Source: Callorhinchus milii
Lineage: Eukaryota
DNA: 64,000 nt
Direction of reading: 5' to 3'
NCBI RefSeq assembly: GCF_018977255.1
Contig: NW_024704743.1
Coordinates: forward strand, 110,424,001 to 110,488,000
Below are positions 49,133 through 59,930 of the stretch, piece by piece. A program made the position numbers and the translations under genes. The notes under the pieces are model-generated. The model worked only from the letters and a program-made list of their open reading frames with translations. It was not told where the DNA came from and made no database searches. Position 1 is the stretch's first letter. Each line of letters begins with the position of its first letter.

Positions 49133-50552
49133 GTACAAACAAGTATGTTGTTTTGAAAACAAAAATTGTAAAAAGAGATTAATATCAAAATTCCCAAATC
49201 ATAGTATTAAAGGCTGAGGGCAATGAATTTCAGATTATTGGGCCGTAAAGAGATATGACACTGCACTGGCATAGTATTTGTTGTTTAATATATCAATAGA
49301 TATTCAATATGTATGAGACCCGACATAGTTCACCCTCCACCCCCCACTCCCAGGATGATAGTCCTTGCTAAGTGGATGGTAAGTACCAAGAACTCACTGC
49401 AGGCATCCCAGTGAGCAGCACAGCTCAGCATGAATGTAAATTGTATTTGCATTGTATTTAGTGAACAGACACACAGGTGAAGAGATGGTAGTCAGTATCT
49501 TGTTGTATTACAACAGCGGATTTGTTTTACAGAAGTCTGCATGTTTACCACATTTGTGGACCAGAGCATTAGGTGTAACAATAACTTTGTGCTGCATTTG
49601 TGGGAACGACAACAACAACTTGCATTTATATAACGTCCCTCTCACAGGATAGAACCTTGGAGCGCTCGGACAAAATGAAGCCAATGGAAGGAACACGCAG
49701 ACAACAGAAAATAAATCCAAAGGGTTGTACTTTTGGGACCAAAGCAATCCTCCCAACATGAATTTCCTTTGCAGTCTGTCTTTTTTTAAAAAAGATTATT
49801 GTATTGAATTAATTTTATAATGTTCTTTGTTCGGTGTATACCTTGCTCGCTTACACTGGCCCCCATCCCCCAGCCGATCGAATTCAGAATTCTCGCCATC
49901 ACTTTCAAATGCCCCCAAGGCCTCATCTCACGCTAACCCCCATCCCTCTTGTGACCCTACAGCCTGGGGCTGCTACCTCCTCTCTCTTTGCCTATTTCAT
50001 GTCCTCCATCCCAATAACTATTCTACATTTATATAGTGCCTTTCACATTGGGAGGACATCTCAAAACCCCTCATGGAGGGGGGAGGCGTGGCAAGCTGGG
50101 GGTGGGGATGCAAAGGGAGAAGAAAGGTCTTAAGGTAGGCTTTCAGGTAGGGAGGGAGGAAGTAAAGCAAAGGGACTCTGGGATGGAGTTCCAGGGAATG
50201 GGAATATAATGCCTGAAAGCTCGTCAACCGCTATTGGTGTAGGTTGGGTGGGATATGAAGCAGATCGATGGTTTGCTGGGTGGTTGAGGCAGCATTGTTG
50301 CAGTAGGTCATAAGGGCGGGTGGGGCATGTCGTGGAGGTATTTAATACAAGAAGGATATAGCAGCGATGGAAAAAGTACAGCATAGGTTTACAAGGATGA
50401 TACCAGGTTACTGCTATCAAGATAGACTGGATAAGTTAAGCCTTTTATCACTGGAGAAGAGCTATTTAAAAGGGATTTAATAGAAGTGTTTATGTAATCA
50501 AAACACAAATGTTTTTAAATCAATTTTGTTTTGATATTTCCTTGGAAGGCAG

Positions 50553-50589
50553 ATCACTTCTCAGCCTTTTGGTTAAGATTGAGTGCAGT
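50553..50589 (+). pseudogene. U2 snRNA 5' fragment (nt 1-37)
   Basis: ATCACTTCTCAGCCTTTTGGTTAAGATTGAGTGCAGT versus U2 ATCGCTTCTCGGCCTTTTGGCTAAGATCAAGTGTAGT: 31/37 identical, all differences are transitions. Confidence 0.8.
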
Positions 50590-51162
50590 TTTGACTGCGT
50601 TTGGTTATGGATGTCAATCCGGCAGATTGATCATGTGGCACTGATAATTACTTTGTTCCAAACAGAACCGATGCCTACACTACCTTTTAGTGTGAGAGAG
50701 ACAGAATTTGCATGTTATGTGAATGCCCTTAAACCAGAGCACAGACCGGGGTCGAGGCGCTTGCACTTTTTAATTGGGGATTTTTGTGACTTGATTAATT
50801 CCCCCTTTCACCACCCCTCCCTCACCCCCAAGTCAAAAAAAAAGAAAGCAATAAGTTCTTTGATGACCTTGAAGATAAATGCACCGCCCAGTGGGTGCAG
50901 CACTGAGCTGTATTGGCACGGAAGTTTGATTCAAGAAAAAAGAAAAAAATTAGCATTTTACTTTTAATGTCAAATGTCTCGAAATGCTCAACAGTAATTC
51001 CAATCAAGTGCAGTGATTTGTCGCAGACAATCCCTGGAGATCTGGAAACATTATAAAAACACCTGCTCCACTTCAGCTCCAGACTCTGTAATTCCATAAC
51101 CACAAAATAAAAACAGTGTCAACTGCAGGTGCCAGAGAACTGTATCCCAGCAACTTCACTTA

Positions 51163-51345
51163 GTGAAACAAATAGTCGAGCGTTGCTGTAAAATGACGCC
51201 AACCCAGCTTATTTCATGTTCCTTTTGATTTATTTTTTTATTGTCAATTCTGTTGTCTTTCTCCAACTTCCTAAATCAAAAGGAACCTGTAATAAACAAG
51301 CTGGGCTGATCTCATTTTATAGCAACACTTCACTACTGGTTTCAC
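51163..51345. repeat. Imperfect long inverted repeat (~70-bp arms), MITE-like palindrome
   Basis: gtgaaac..gttgctgtaaaatga..cccagctt..gttccttttgattta / taaatcaaaaggaac..aagctggg..tcattttatagcaac..gtttcac. Confidence 0.8.
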
Positions 51346-53294
51346 AGAAAGCATTGTAGAGTCAATCATTGTTGCTGTGAAGTCTTCCACCTGGATAATT
51401 GTAGGATATTTTTTTCTTTGCTCATGTGCAACCAGGCATTGTCTCTATGGAAATAATCTTACTGCAGACCAACAAAGATTGAGAAATTTGATCTTTTAAT
51501 GAAAAATCTTGCTAATTTTCCTCATATTAGCTTTTACAATTGTAATACCTAAAAGATTTGCAGACAATTAAATGTAGCAGCACTCAGTCAGTAGCACTCT
51601 CGCCTCTGACTCAGAAGATTGTGGGTTCAAGCCCCACATCAGGATTTTGAGATAATAAACCTTGCATTTGATATAGCACCTTATCACGTTGTTGAGATGT
51701 TTCAAAGCGCTTCACGGGATAAACTATAAAGTGGGGTGACTGTGTATTTTGTAAGCGAAACGCGGCAGAAGGTTGCGCACAGTAATGTCCCACAAATAGC
51801 CGAGGAGTGAGTGACCAATCTTATGTGGGGGATTTGTTGGTCAGGACACCAGGATAACAGTTCTGTCTGGGGATGTGCTGCATTGTCAGAGGTGCCGTCC
51901 TTTAGATAAGATGTGAAACTGAGGTCCCATCTGTCTGTTCAGTTGGATGTTAAAGATCCTGTGGCACAATTCAAAAAGAGAAGGGAGTTTATCCCTGTGT
52001 TTTGGCTGACAATCCCCCAAATGATAATGGTCAATCCCTTCATGGCTGTTTGTGGTACATTGCTATGTGCAAATTGGCAACTGTATTTCCCAGTAAATAC
52101 AGTTATTCCACTTTACAATAAATGTTGTGAAATACACGGAGACGCTTTGATGATGTGATAAGGCACTATATTGAATCAATTATCATTGTTAGATAAACTA
52201 GTACTTCTGACACTAGCAGAACTTTAACCATATAAACGGCCAGACTGCATAATTGTCTCAATTTTCTGGAAAAGCTTTTAACTTTATGAACCTATCGATT
52301 TTTTTTAAGATATTCATTTCAGAGCTGCAAAATACATAAATTCAGAGGGGAGTTGTTATATCTTACAATTCTATCTAAATAAAACCTGTTTTTGTTCCTA
52401 AGATGTTTTCATGCAGCAATTGTTTGTATCCACAAAGTACTTGTTTAAAAAAAAGTATGACCTTTTTTTTGAAAACTGAAAACATGGCAGACCAAGTGAA
52501 TGGATACAATGTGGAGAGAAATGAGAAACTAATATAATTATTTAATATTCTCAACTCCATGTCAAAACATATTTCTTGTGTCACAAGAATTACAATATGC
52601 AATACAATTTACATTTATATAGCACCTTTCATGTAGGGAGCTTTACACAACTACCCGAGCCGAGGGGAGAGGCTGAAGAGGATGGAGGAAGGGAGGATAG
52701 GTGACCAAAAGCACGGAGGTAAGATTTTTTAGGTGGGTTTTGAAAGTAGAGAGGGAGGAGGAGAGTCTGCGGGATAGAGTTCCAGAAAATGGGAGCGGAA
52801 AGACTGAAAGCTCATCCCCCTGATGGTGGGGCAGATAGGGCGGAACATAGAACAGAACAGTGTTCATTCACTGAGCAAATTTCTCTTTTATTTATATTAA
52901 TAACAATCTCAGCATTTGATATAGAGCATCATCCCATCAGCGAAACACCTCATCTCAAAGTGCTTCACAGAGCTTACTGCAAATTGTGTATTTGGAGGTA
53001 AACGCAGCATCCAATTTGCGCACATTCATGTCCACAAACAACCATGAAGTGGCCGAGTTTGTCGAACCCAAATTTGTACTGAGCCACAAGTCATTTCTGC
53101 AGAAATAACTGCAGTTCCTTTCGAATTTCGGTGAATTCTATCCACAAACTTATCCATCGTTTCTAGCACATTAAGAAACAATTTATTGTGGGTACACCAC
53201 ATAAAGATTATAATTCCTAGTTTCCTAATACGTGTAGCAAAGGTATCATCGTCAGAATCAGCCCCATGTCCTGTAGCTCAGTGTTCCTGTACGT

Positions 53295-53614
53295 GGAGTC
53301 CTGTAGCTCAGTGGTTAGAGCACTCGCTTTGCAAGTGAGAGACCTGAGTTCAATTCCAGGCAGAGGGCGAAACCTTGGGCAAGTTTCCTTACTCCACACA
53401 GAGCCTAATAATAATCCCTCCAAAACAAACAATAATAAATTGGTCATTTTCAATCTACGACTGTTTGTGGGACATTGCTGTGCGCAATTGGCTGCCGCGT
53501 TCGCCCACAAATATACAGTCAATTCACTTTACAGTGTGTTCTGTGAAGCGCTTTGGGACGTCCTCCCGACGTGAAAAGCGCTATATCAAATGCAAGGATT
53601 ATTATTATTATTAT
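53295..53614 (+). mobile_element. Full-length young tRNA(Ala-like, TGC)-derived SINE, short variant
   Basis: ggagtcctgtagctcagtggttagagcactcgctttgcaagtgagagacctgagttcaattcc (A and B boxes) through to the ggattattatta tail. Confidence 0.9.
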
Positions 53615-54962
53615 GTCTCACATGAGAATTCACAACCAATTTGACTTAGGTTGATAACCAAGCATCAGCCAAGAACAAAATACTCTTTAGTCTGCATGTG
53701 TGCGTATGTGCGTGCGTGCTTCTCTTAACTGTTACACCAGACACGAGTGAGTATCCAATTACGAAGAAGTGAATCAAAGACACACATAGCAACAGTGTAG
53801 TCATAATGGAATCACTACGACAAAGACATTGCATATGTGTGTATATGTACATCGAAAAGACTGTTTTTAATATTCCACACACCATTCAAACTTGCAGTGA
53901 TTGTGCAATAACTTGTTAATTTTCAAATGTAGCTTTGTAAATCAGCTATTGGTGCCTCCCGCCTTCCCCCCACGACTTTTAAGTGTTCCCCCCACCCCCA
54001 CTCTTAAGATATCTATGGGAAAATCAATCCCCTTTTAAGATATTTTCTAATTTTCTTTTTAATTAATTTTAATTAATTTTAATTTCTAATTTTGCCCCCC
54101 TCCCTCCAGTTCACCAGTGTCTATAGAACTATATTAACCTTATATTTAACCACATACTTAAGAGGATCATTATGAAACAAAATCCAGGAAGTTATCACAG
54201 GGGTGGCAATATATAAGGTATGCTTAGCAAAAAATGGGGAGGGAGGGGCAACTAGCCCCCTTGGCAATGGGCCTGTAAATGAAGTAAATGAAACAAAAAA
54301 GAGTCACTCTTCCTTCTCCCTCCCCTTCATGGGCGCCAATGACAGGGATTGATTTCAAGGCTGTAATGTTATCAAGTTGTCAGATGATGTTTTTCAAATA
54401 ACTGGAGTTTCACTGTCATGTTTTATGGCATCATGTGAGCACTTGGATTAGATTTGTTGCCTTGCAATTGCTTCCAGCCATTCTCTGTACAGAAGCCAAA
54501 CTGATTTAGTCAACAATAAAATAATATCCAGGTCAACAAATACTGGTATTTCAAAATAGTATTACCGGGAACCTATGCTCTGTTTTAGGATATTCCGAAA
54601 GCATTATAGAAAGAAATAACTATTGAGAATTTCAGCACTGTAAATTAAACAGTCCTGCATTACTGTGATGCTGGTGCTAATTATTTGTAGGGACAGGGTT
54701 GGAATAGTCCTGTGTTATCAATAGTGCACGTGTTCCTGAAACAAGCACAGAGCATTGTCCTTTCATTTCTCATCCTGGAATCAAATCCAGCCATGACGAC
54801 TAGATGTAAGTCTGCTCTGTCTGCCTGCTGTAAGCAAGTTTGGACAGCCTAACCCTAAAGTCACTGCACTACAATTATAGTCAAGCACTTTGAGTTGGTT
54901 TAATGTGATTAGGCATTATAAAAAGCAAGTTCCTTTCTTCCTATGGTTAACTTCTGACTTAT

Positions 54963-55408
54963 TATTCAAATTCAAGATCCTCATCCTCATCTACAAGGCC
55001 ATTCACGGCCTCGCTCCCTCCTACCTCTCCGACCTACTATCGCCTTACTTACCTGCCCGTAACCTCCGTTCCTCTGGCTCCGGTCTGCTCCACGTCCCCC
55101 GCCCCAACCGCCCTACCATCGGTGGCCGGGCCTTCAGCCTCTCAGCCCCGAGGCTCTGGAACTCCATTCCCCAGTGCCTTTTCCGCCTCCTCCCTTTCCT
55201 CCTTCAAGGCCGGTCCCAAGACCTTTCTCTTTGACCGTGCCTTCAGCTCCCCTCTCGACTCTCTACCCCCTCCTCGCTCCCTCCCTTCCCTCCCCTCGCC
55301 CTGACCATTTCCCCCCTGCTCGGGTCATGACCCAACTGTCCAGCGCCTTGGGACATCCTCCCGACGTGAAAAGCGCTCTATACATGAAATCTTGTTGTTG
55401 TTGTTGTA
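54963..55408 (+). mobile_element. Young L2 3' fragment
   Basis: [40 protein letters not shown] and tail. Confidence 0.9.
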
Positions 55409-57004
55409 GGTTTAACATTTTCATATTGAAATAAATACAATAAAGCATTCTGACAGTTTTTTCTTCACACCGGCTATTTGTTAGTATTTACATACTCCCA
55501 CACCCACTGACCGAACTGGGTTACCTGTTTCCTTGACAATTCATGAACAGTGCCAAAAATAATCAATTTATCATTGTTTTTCACCTTAGTGGAACAAGTT
55601 ACAATTGAGGTTATGCTTTGGGAGTCAATGGAAAACTAAGCACCTTTAGCTGATTAGACTTCAACAATACCCCAACGATCACTCTGGGGTTCCCAAACCT
55701 TAGCCTAATACTTTCCGGAATTAGGTAAGCAGGATGTGTCCCTCCAGGGAGAGAGTGAGCATTCCATTCCAATAATCTATCTCTGGGATTTCCATGTGTA
55801 GGTGGGATGTATGGAAATCTCAGCTTGGTTTGGATATTTGGTTAAGAAAGGTGATGGGTTTCCGTATGTGTCAGCCACTTGGCTGACCCCAAAGAAGGGG
55901 AGTGGAATTTGTGGTATTGGGGTTTTGAAAATTGAATTGCAACTTCCGGTTTCGCAAATTTCGGATTGTGAGATGCATAAATGGCAAATCAAGAATCCAT
56001 GGCCATGAAAATCTAATACACAGCAGCTATTTGTTGGTGAGCCTTTTTACTTGCAAATAGTACTTGCATTTGATATAGTGCCTTATCATGTCTTTGTGAC
56101 GTCTTAAAGCAGATCACAGAATATACTGTAAAGCGAATTGTCTGTATATTTTGTGGGGGAAAGGCATAGGTTGGTAATGAGGAGGTTATGCAGTATAGGA
56201 TTGGATCAAGGAATATATATAGGTAAAGATCAATGAATAAGTACTCAAATATCTTCAGCAAACATTTGCATTGTGTTTAAATTATTTTTATCACTAGATC
56301 AATCCACCTGACAGTGTATCCTATGAAGTGCTTTAAGACGTCTCGAAGACCTGATAAGGTGCTATATCAAATGGAAGCATTATTATTGTTGTTAATTCAT
56401 TTTGACAATTGTTTGTGAATTCGGTCATTTTGTCTCTTCTTCCCATGTTATTGCAAAGTTTTTTATGAAGCGTATCTGATTTGCAATGTTATACATGACA
56501 AGATGTCAGCACCACATATTCCAGAGTTCAACATGCCGAAACCCATCAGCATGTCACATGTACAACAACTTGCATTTATATAGCGCCCTTCATGTGGGTC
56601 AGCGTCTCGGAGTGTTTAACCGTGGTGGAGCCTGATGCCAAGCTGGGGGGAGGGAGGAGGTGACTGTGAGTACAGTTGAAGGGGAAAGTCTTCATTCCTG
56701 GGGAAGATGGGAGGAAGGCGGAGAGACTTACAATATATAATAATAATCCTTGCATTTGCTATAGCGCCTTATCACGGCAAGACAGCTCAAAGCACTTCAC
56801 AGAAAATACTGTAAAGTGAATTGACTCTATATTTGTGGGCGAATCACAGCAGCCAATTGTGCACAGCAGTGTCCCACAAACAGTCGTGGATTGAAGTGAC
56901 CAAATAATAATTATTATTTTTATTTTGACTTCCAAAACTTTGGGGTGTAGTGGCTGATGGTGCGATTGTACACCACCTATATGTGTGAAATTCTTCCCAT
57001 TTGC

Positions 57005-57172
57005 CACCAGGCCACCTCCCCCCCCATCAGCAGGGCACTTCCCCCCCCATCACTAGGCCATTTCCCCCCCCATCACCAGGCCACTATCATCCCCCCCCCC
57101 CATCACCAGGCCACCACACACCCCCAACCAGGCCACCTCCACCAGACCACCTCCTCCCCCACCACCAGGCCA
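57005..57172. repeat. C-rich minisatellite (caccaggccac..ccccc)
   Basis: Degenerate tandem units seen directly. Confidence 0.75.
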
Positions 57173-57175
57173 CTT

Positions 57176-57495
57176 AATAATAATAATAATCCTTGCATTT
57201 GATATAGCGCTTTTCACGTCAGGAGGACGTCCCAAAGCGCTTCACAGAACACACTGTAAAGTGAATTGACTGTATATTTGTGGGCGAACGCGGCAGCCAA
57301 TTGCGCACAGCAATGTCCCACAAACAGTCGTGGATTGAAAATGACCAATTTATTATTGTTTTTGTTTTGGAGGGATTATTATTAGGCTCTGTGTGGAGTA
57401 AGGAAACTTGCCCAAGGTTTCGCCCTGACCTGCCTGGAATTGAACTCTGGTCTCTCGCTTGCAAAGCGAGTGCTCTAACCACTGAGCTACAGGAT
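57176..57495 (-). mobile_element. Full-length young SINE (near-identical inverted partner of 53295-53614), followed by further tail fragments to ~57660
   Basis: Direct reverse-complement match. Confidence 0.9.
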
Positions 57496-58627
57496 GTCTC
57501 AGTGATGTGACCAGGAGTGATGTTTAATGCAAGGATTGTTATAATAATAATATAATAATAATCCTTGCATTTGATATAGCGCTTTTTCACATCTTCTACA
57601 CGTCTCAAAGCGCTTCACAGAATATACTGTAAAGTGAATTGACTGTATATTTGTGGGCGATATACTATAAGTAATACGAGGTGAAAAAGAAAATCTCCAC
57701 TTGCTGCCCGCCAACACCTCCTTGTAGCTGGCTCTGATTACCATGGTTGCTGTTCCATCTCACTGAGCTAGTAGAGTTCTGTGTGACACTCAGTTCTTTT
57801 TCCTTATTTATACCTAAATTTGTTTTTCTTCAACTTCACCACATTGCCAACTCCTATCCATGCCAATGTTGCCTCCAGACTGGACTTTTCCACTGTTCCT
57901 GTTTCTACCAATCACAAGGTGTGGCTCATCCAAAATTCTGCTGCTTGTATCCTGATACATACACATTGCTATAGTATGTTGATCACTACTATGGAGATAT
58001 GGAAACTCCTTAACTGAATATGCTCTTGACAACATAAAATGGTGGGGGGGGGATCATACTAGTTTCTCTGACCACCAGCCTGTCCTCGTTGAGTAGTTTT
58101 ACCTGTTATCATGGCTGAATAGGTCATTGCTGTTCAATTACATGCTAACCTATCTCTTTTAACTTTGATCACTGATTGGCTCTCATAGCTACCATATTCA
58201 GTGTGCTCAATTCCCTAAGGATTTCCCTGCATGAAATTTGGCACTGCACTAAATCCAGTGCAAAAATCGTCTGCATTGTCCCTCACACTGGTTATATGGT
58301 GCTACAATAATTCCAACCCAGACAAGGTCAAATAACCTGCTAACAACCCGGCATTCATGTGGAAGATTGGTGTTCATAAAGGAATATTAGCTATATTGCA
58401 TTTTTTTCATTTATCTTATGTCATTTGGAGTTATAATTTTGTTGAATTGTAATTCTTCTAGCTGGTAGGTAATAAACAGCAAGGGAATTTAAAAGCAGAA
58501 AGACTAAAATGGCTTTCCGAGTGTAAGTTGGGTGAATAAATAGCACTTGAAAGTTTTCCATTAGAACTGTTAGCACTTGCAAAGCGAGTGCTCTAACCAC
58601 TGAGCTACAGGACTCCACAAGTCCTTT

Positions 58628-59340
58628 CCACCCCCACCACCACCAGGCCCCTCCCCCCCACCACCAGGCCCCCCACACCACCTCCACCACCAGGCCCCTC
58701 CCCCCCCAACACCACCTCCCCCCCACCACCAGGCCCCTCCCCCCACCCACCACCTCCCCCCCACCACCAGGCCCCTCCCCCCATACCCCCCCCACCACCA
58801 GGCCCCTCCCCCCACCACCAGGCCCCTCCCCCCCACACACCACCTCCCCCCCACCACCAGGCCCCTCCCTCCCACACCACTCCCCCCCCACCACCAGGCC
58901 CCTCCCCCCACCACCAGGCCCCTCCCCCCACCACCAGGCCCCTCCCCCTCACACCACCCCCCCCACCACCAGGCCCCTCCCCCCCACCACCAGGCCCCTC
59001 CCACCCCCACCAGGCCCCTCCCCCCACACACCACCTCCCCCCCACCACCAGGCCCCTCCCCCCACACCACCTCCCCCCCACCACCAGGCCCCTCCCCCCA
59101 CACCACCTCCCCCCACCACCAGGCCCCTCCCCCCTCCCCCCCACCACCAGGCCCCTCCCCCCACCACCAGTCCCCCCCCCCACCAGGCCCCTCCCCCCCA
59201 CACCACCACCCCCCACCACCAGGCCCCTCCCCACACACACCACCTCCCCCCCCACCAGGCCCCTCCCCCCACACCACCTCCCCCCCACCACCAGGCCCCC
59301 CCCACCACCAGGCCCCCCCCCACCACCAGGCCCCCCCCCC
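58628..59340. repeat. C-rich minisatellite (ccaccaccaggcccctccccc)n
   Basis: About 30 tandem ccaggcccc cores seen directly. Confidence 0.92.
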
Positions 59341-59930
59341 GATACAAACAGTTGGGCTCAGTACAGTCTGTGGGCCATGGTGAGGGGGGGAAGGCTGTGA
59401 GTCGGGTTATCGCGCCAGACGAAATCCGCGCGTTTCTCACTGTGAGGGGGGGGGAGGGCTGGGCCGGGGGGGAGGGCTGGGCCGGGGGGCCTGGGGGGGA
59501 GGGCTGGGCCGGGGGGCCTGGGGGGAGGGCTGGGAGCGGGGGGGCCTGGGGGGAGGGCTGGGCCGGGGGCCTGGGGGGAGGGCTGGGAGCGGGGGGGGCC
59601 TGGGGGGAGGGCTGGGAGCGGGGGGGGCCTGGGGGAGGGCTGGGAGCGGGGGGGGCCTGGGGGGGAGGGCTGGGCCGGGGGCCTGGGGGGAGGGCTGGGA
59701 GCGGGGCTGGGGCTGGGGGGGGAGGGCTGTTCTGGGCGGGGACACCGCGGCACTCGTGCTGTTTGCAGCAGAGCCGCAGTGTGTGTGTGTGTGTGTGAGA
59801 GAGAGAGACACAGACACCCACAGACTGTGTTGTGCGCGGTCTCTCTTCACTGGAAACAAACCAGTGTTGTTGCCACGTTTGAATGCAGTGACTGCACCTC
59901 CAGGTGGGTGGCGGCGGCGGCGGCGGCTAT
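59341..59930 (+). promoter_or_regulatory. SNX16: Probable SNX16 promoter and non-coding exon 1 (donor CAG|GTGGGT at 59903/59904)
   Basis: CpG-rich segments ~2.2 kb upstream of the first coding exon; candidate donor; (GGC)n downstream. Confidence 0.5.
59444..59730. repeat. G-rich minisatellite (ggggagggctggg[cc/agc]gggggcct)n
   Basis: Seen directly; G-quadruplex-type runs. Confidence 0.92.

Noticed and set aside
53295..53370. tRNA-Ala(TGC)-like sequence as a tRNA gene
   Set aside because: It is the SINE head, continuing into SINE body and tail and present in many copies.
54300..54530. Possible COX6C or other small exon in the RGS22-SNX16 interval
   Set aside because: No COX6C-like translation in the frames I read; short ORFs only.
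58421..59859. Long Gly/Pro/Trp-rich ORFs (up to 290 aa) on both strands
   Set aside because: Translations of G/C minisatellites that lack stop codons; no coding signal.
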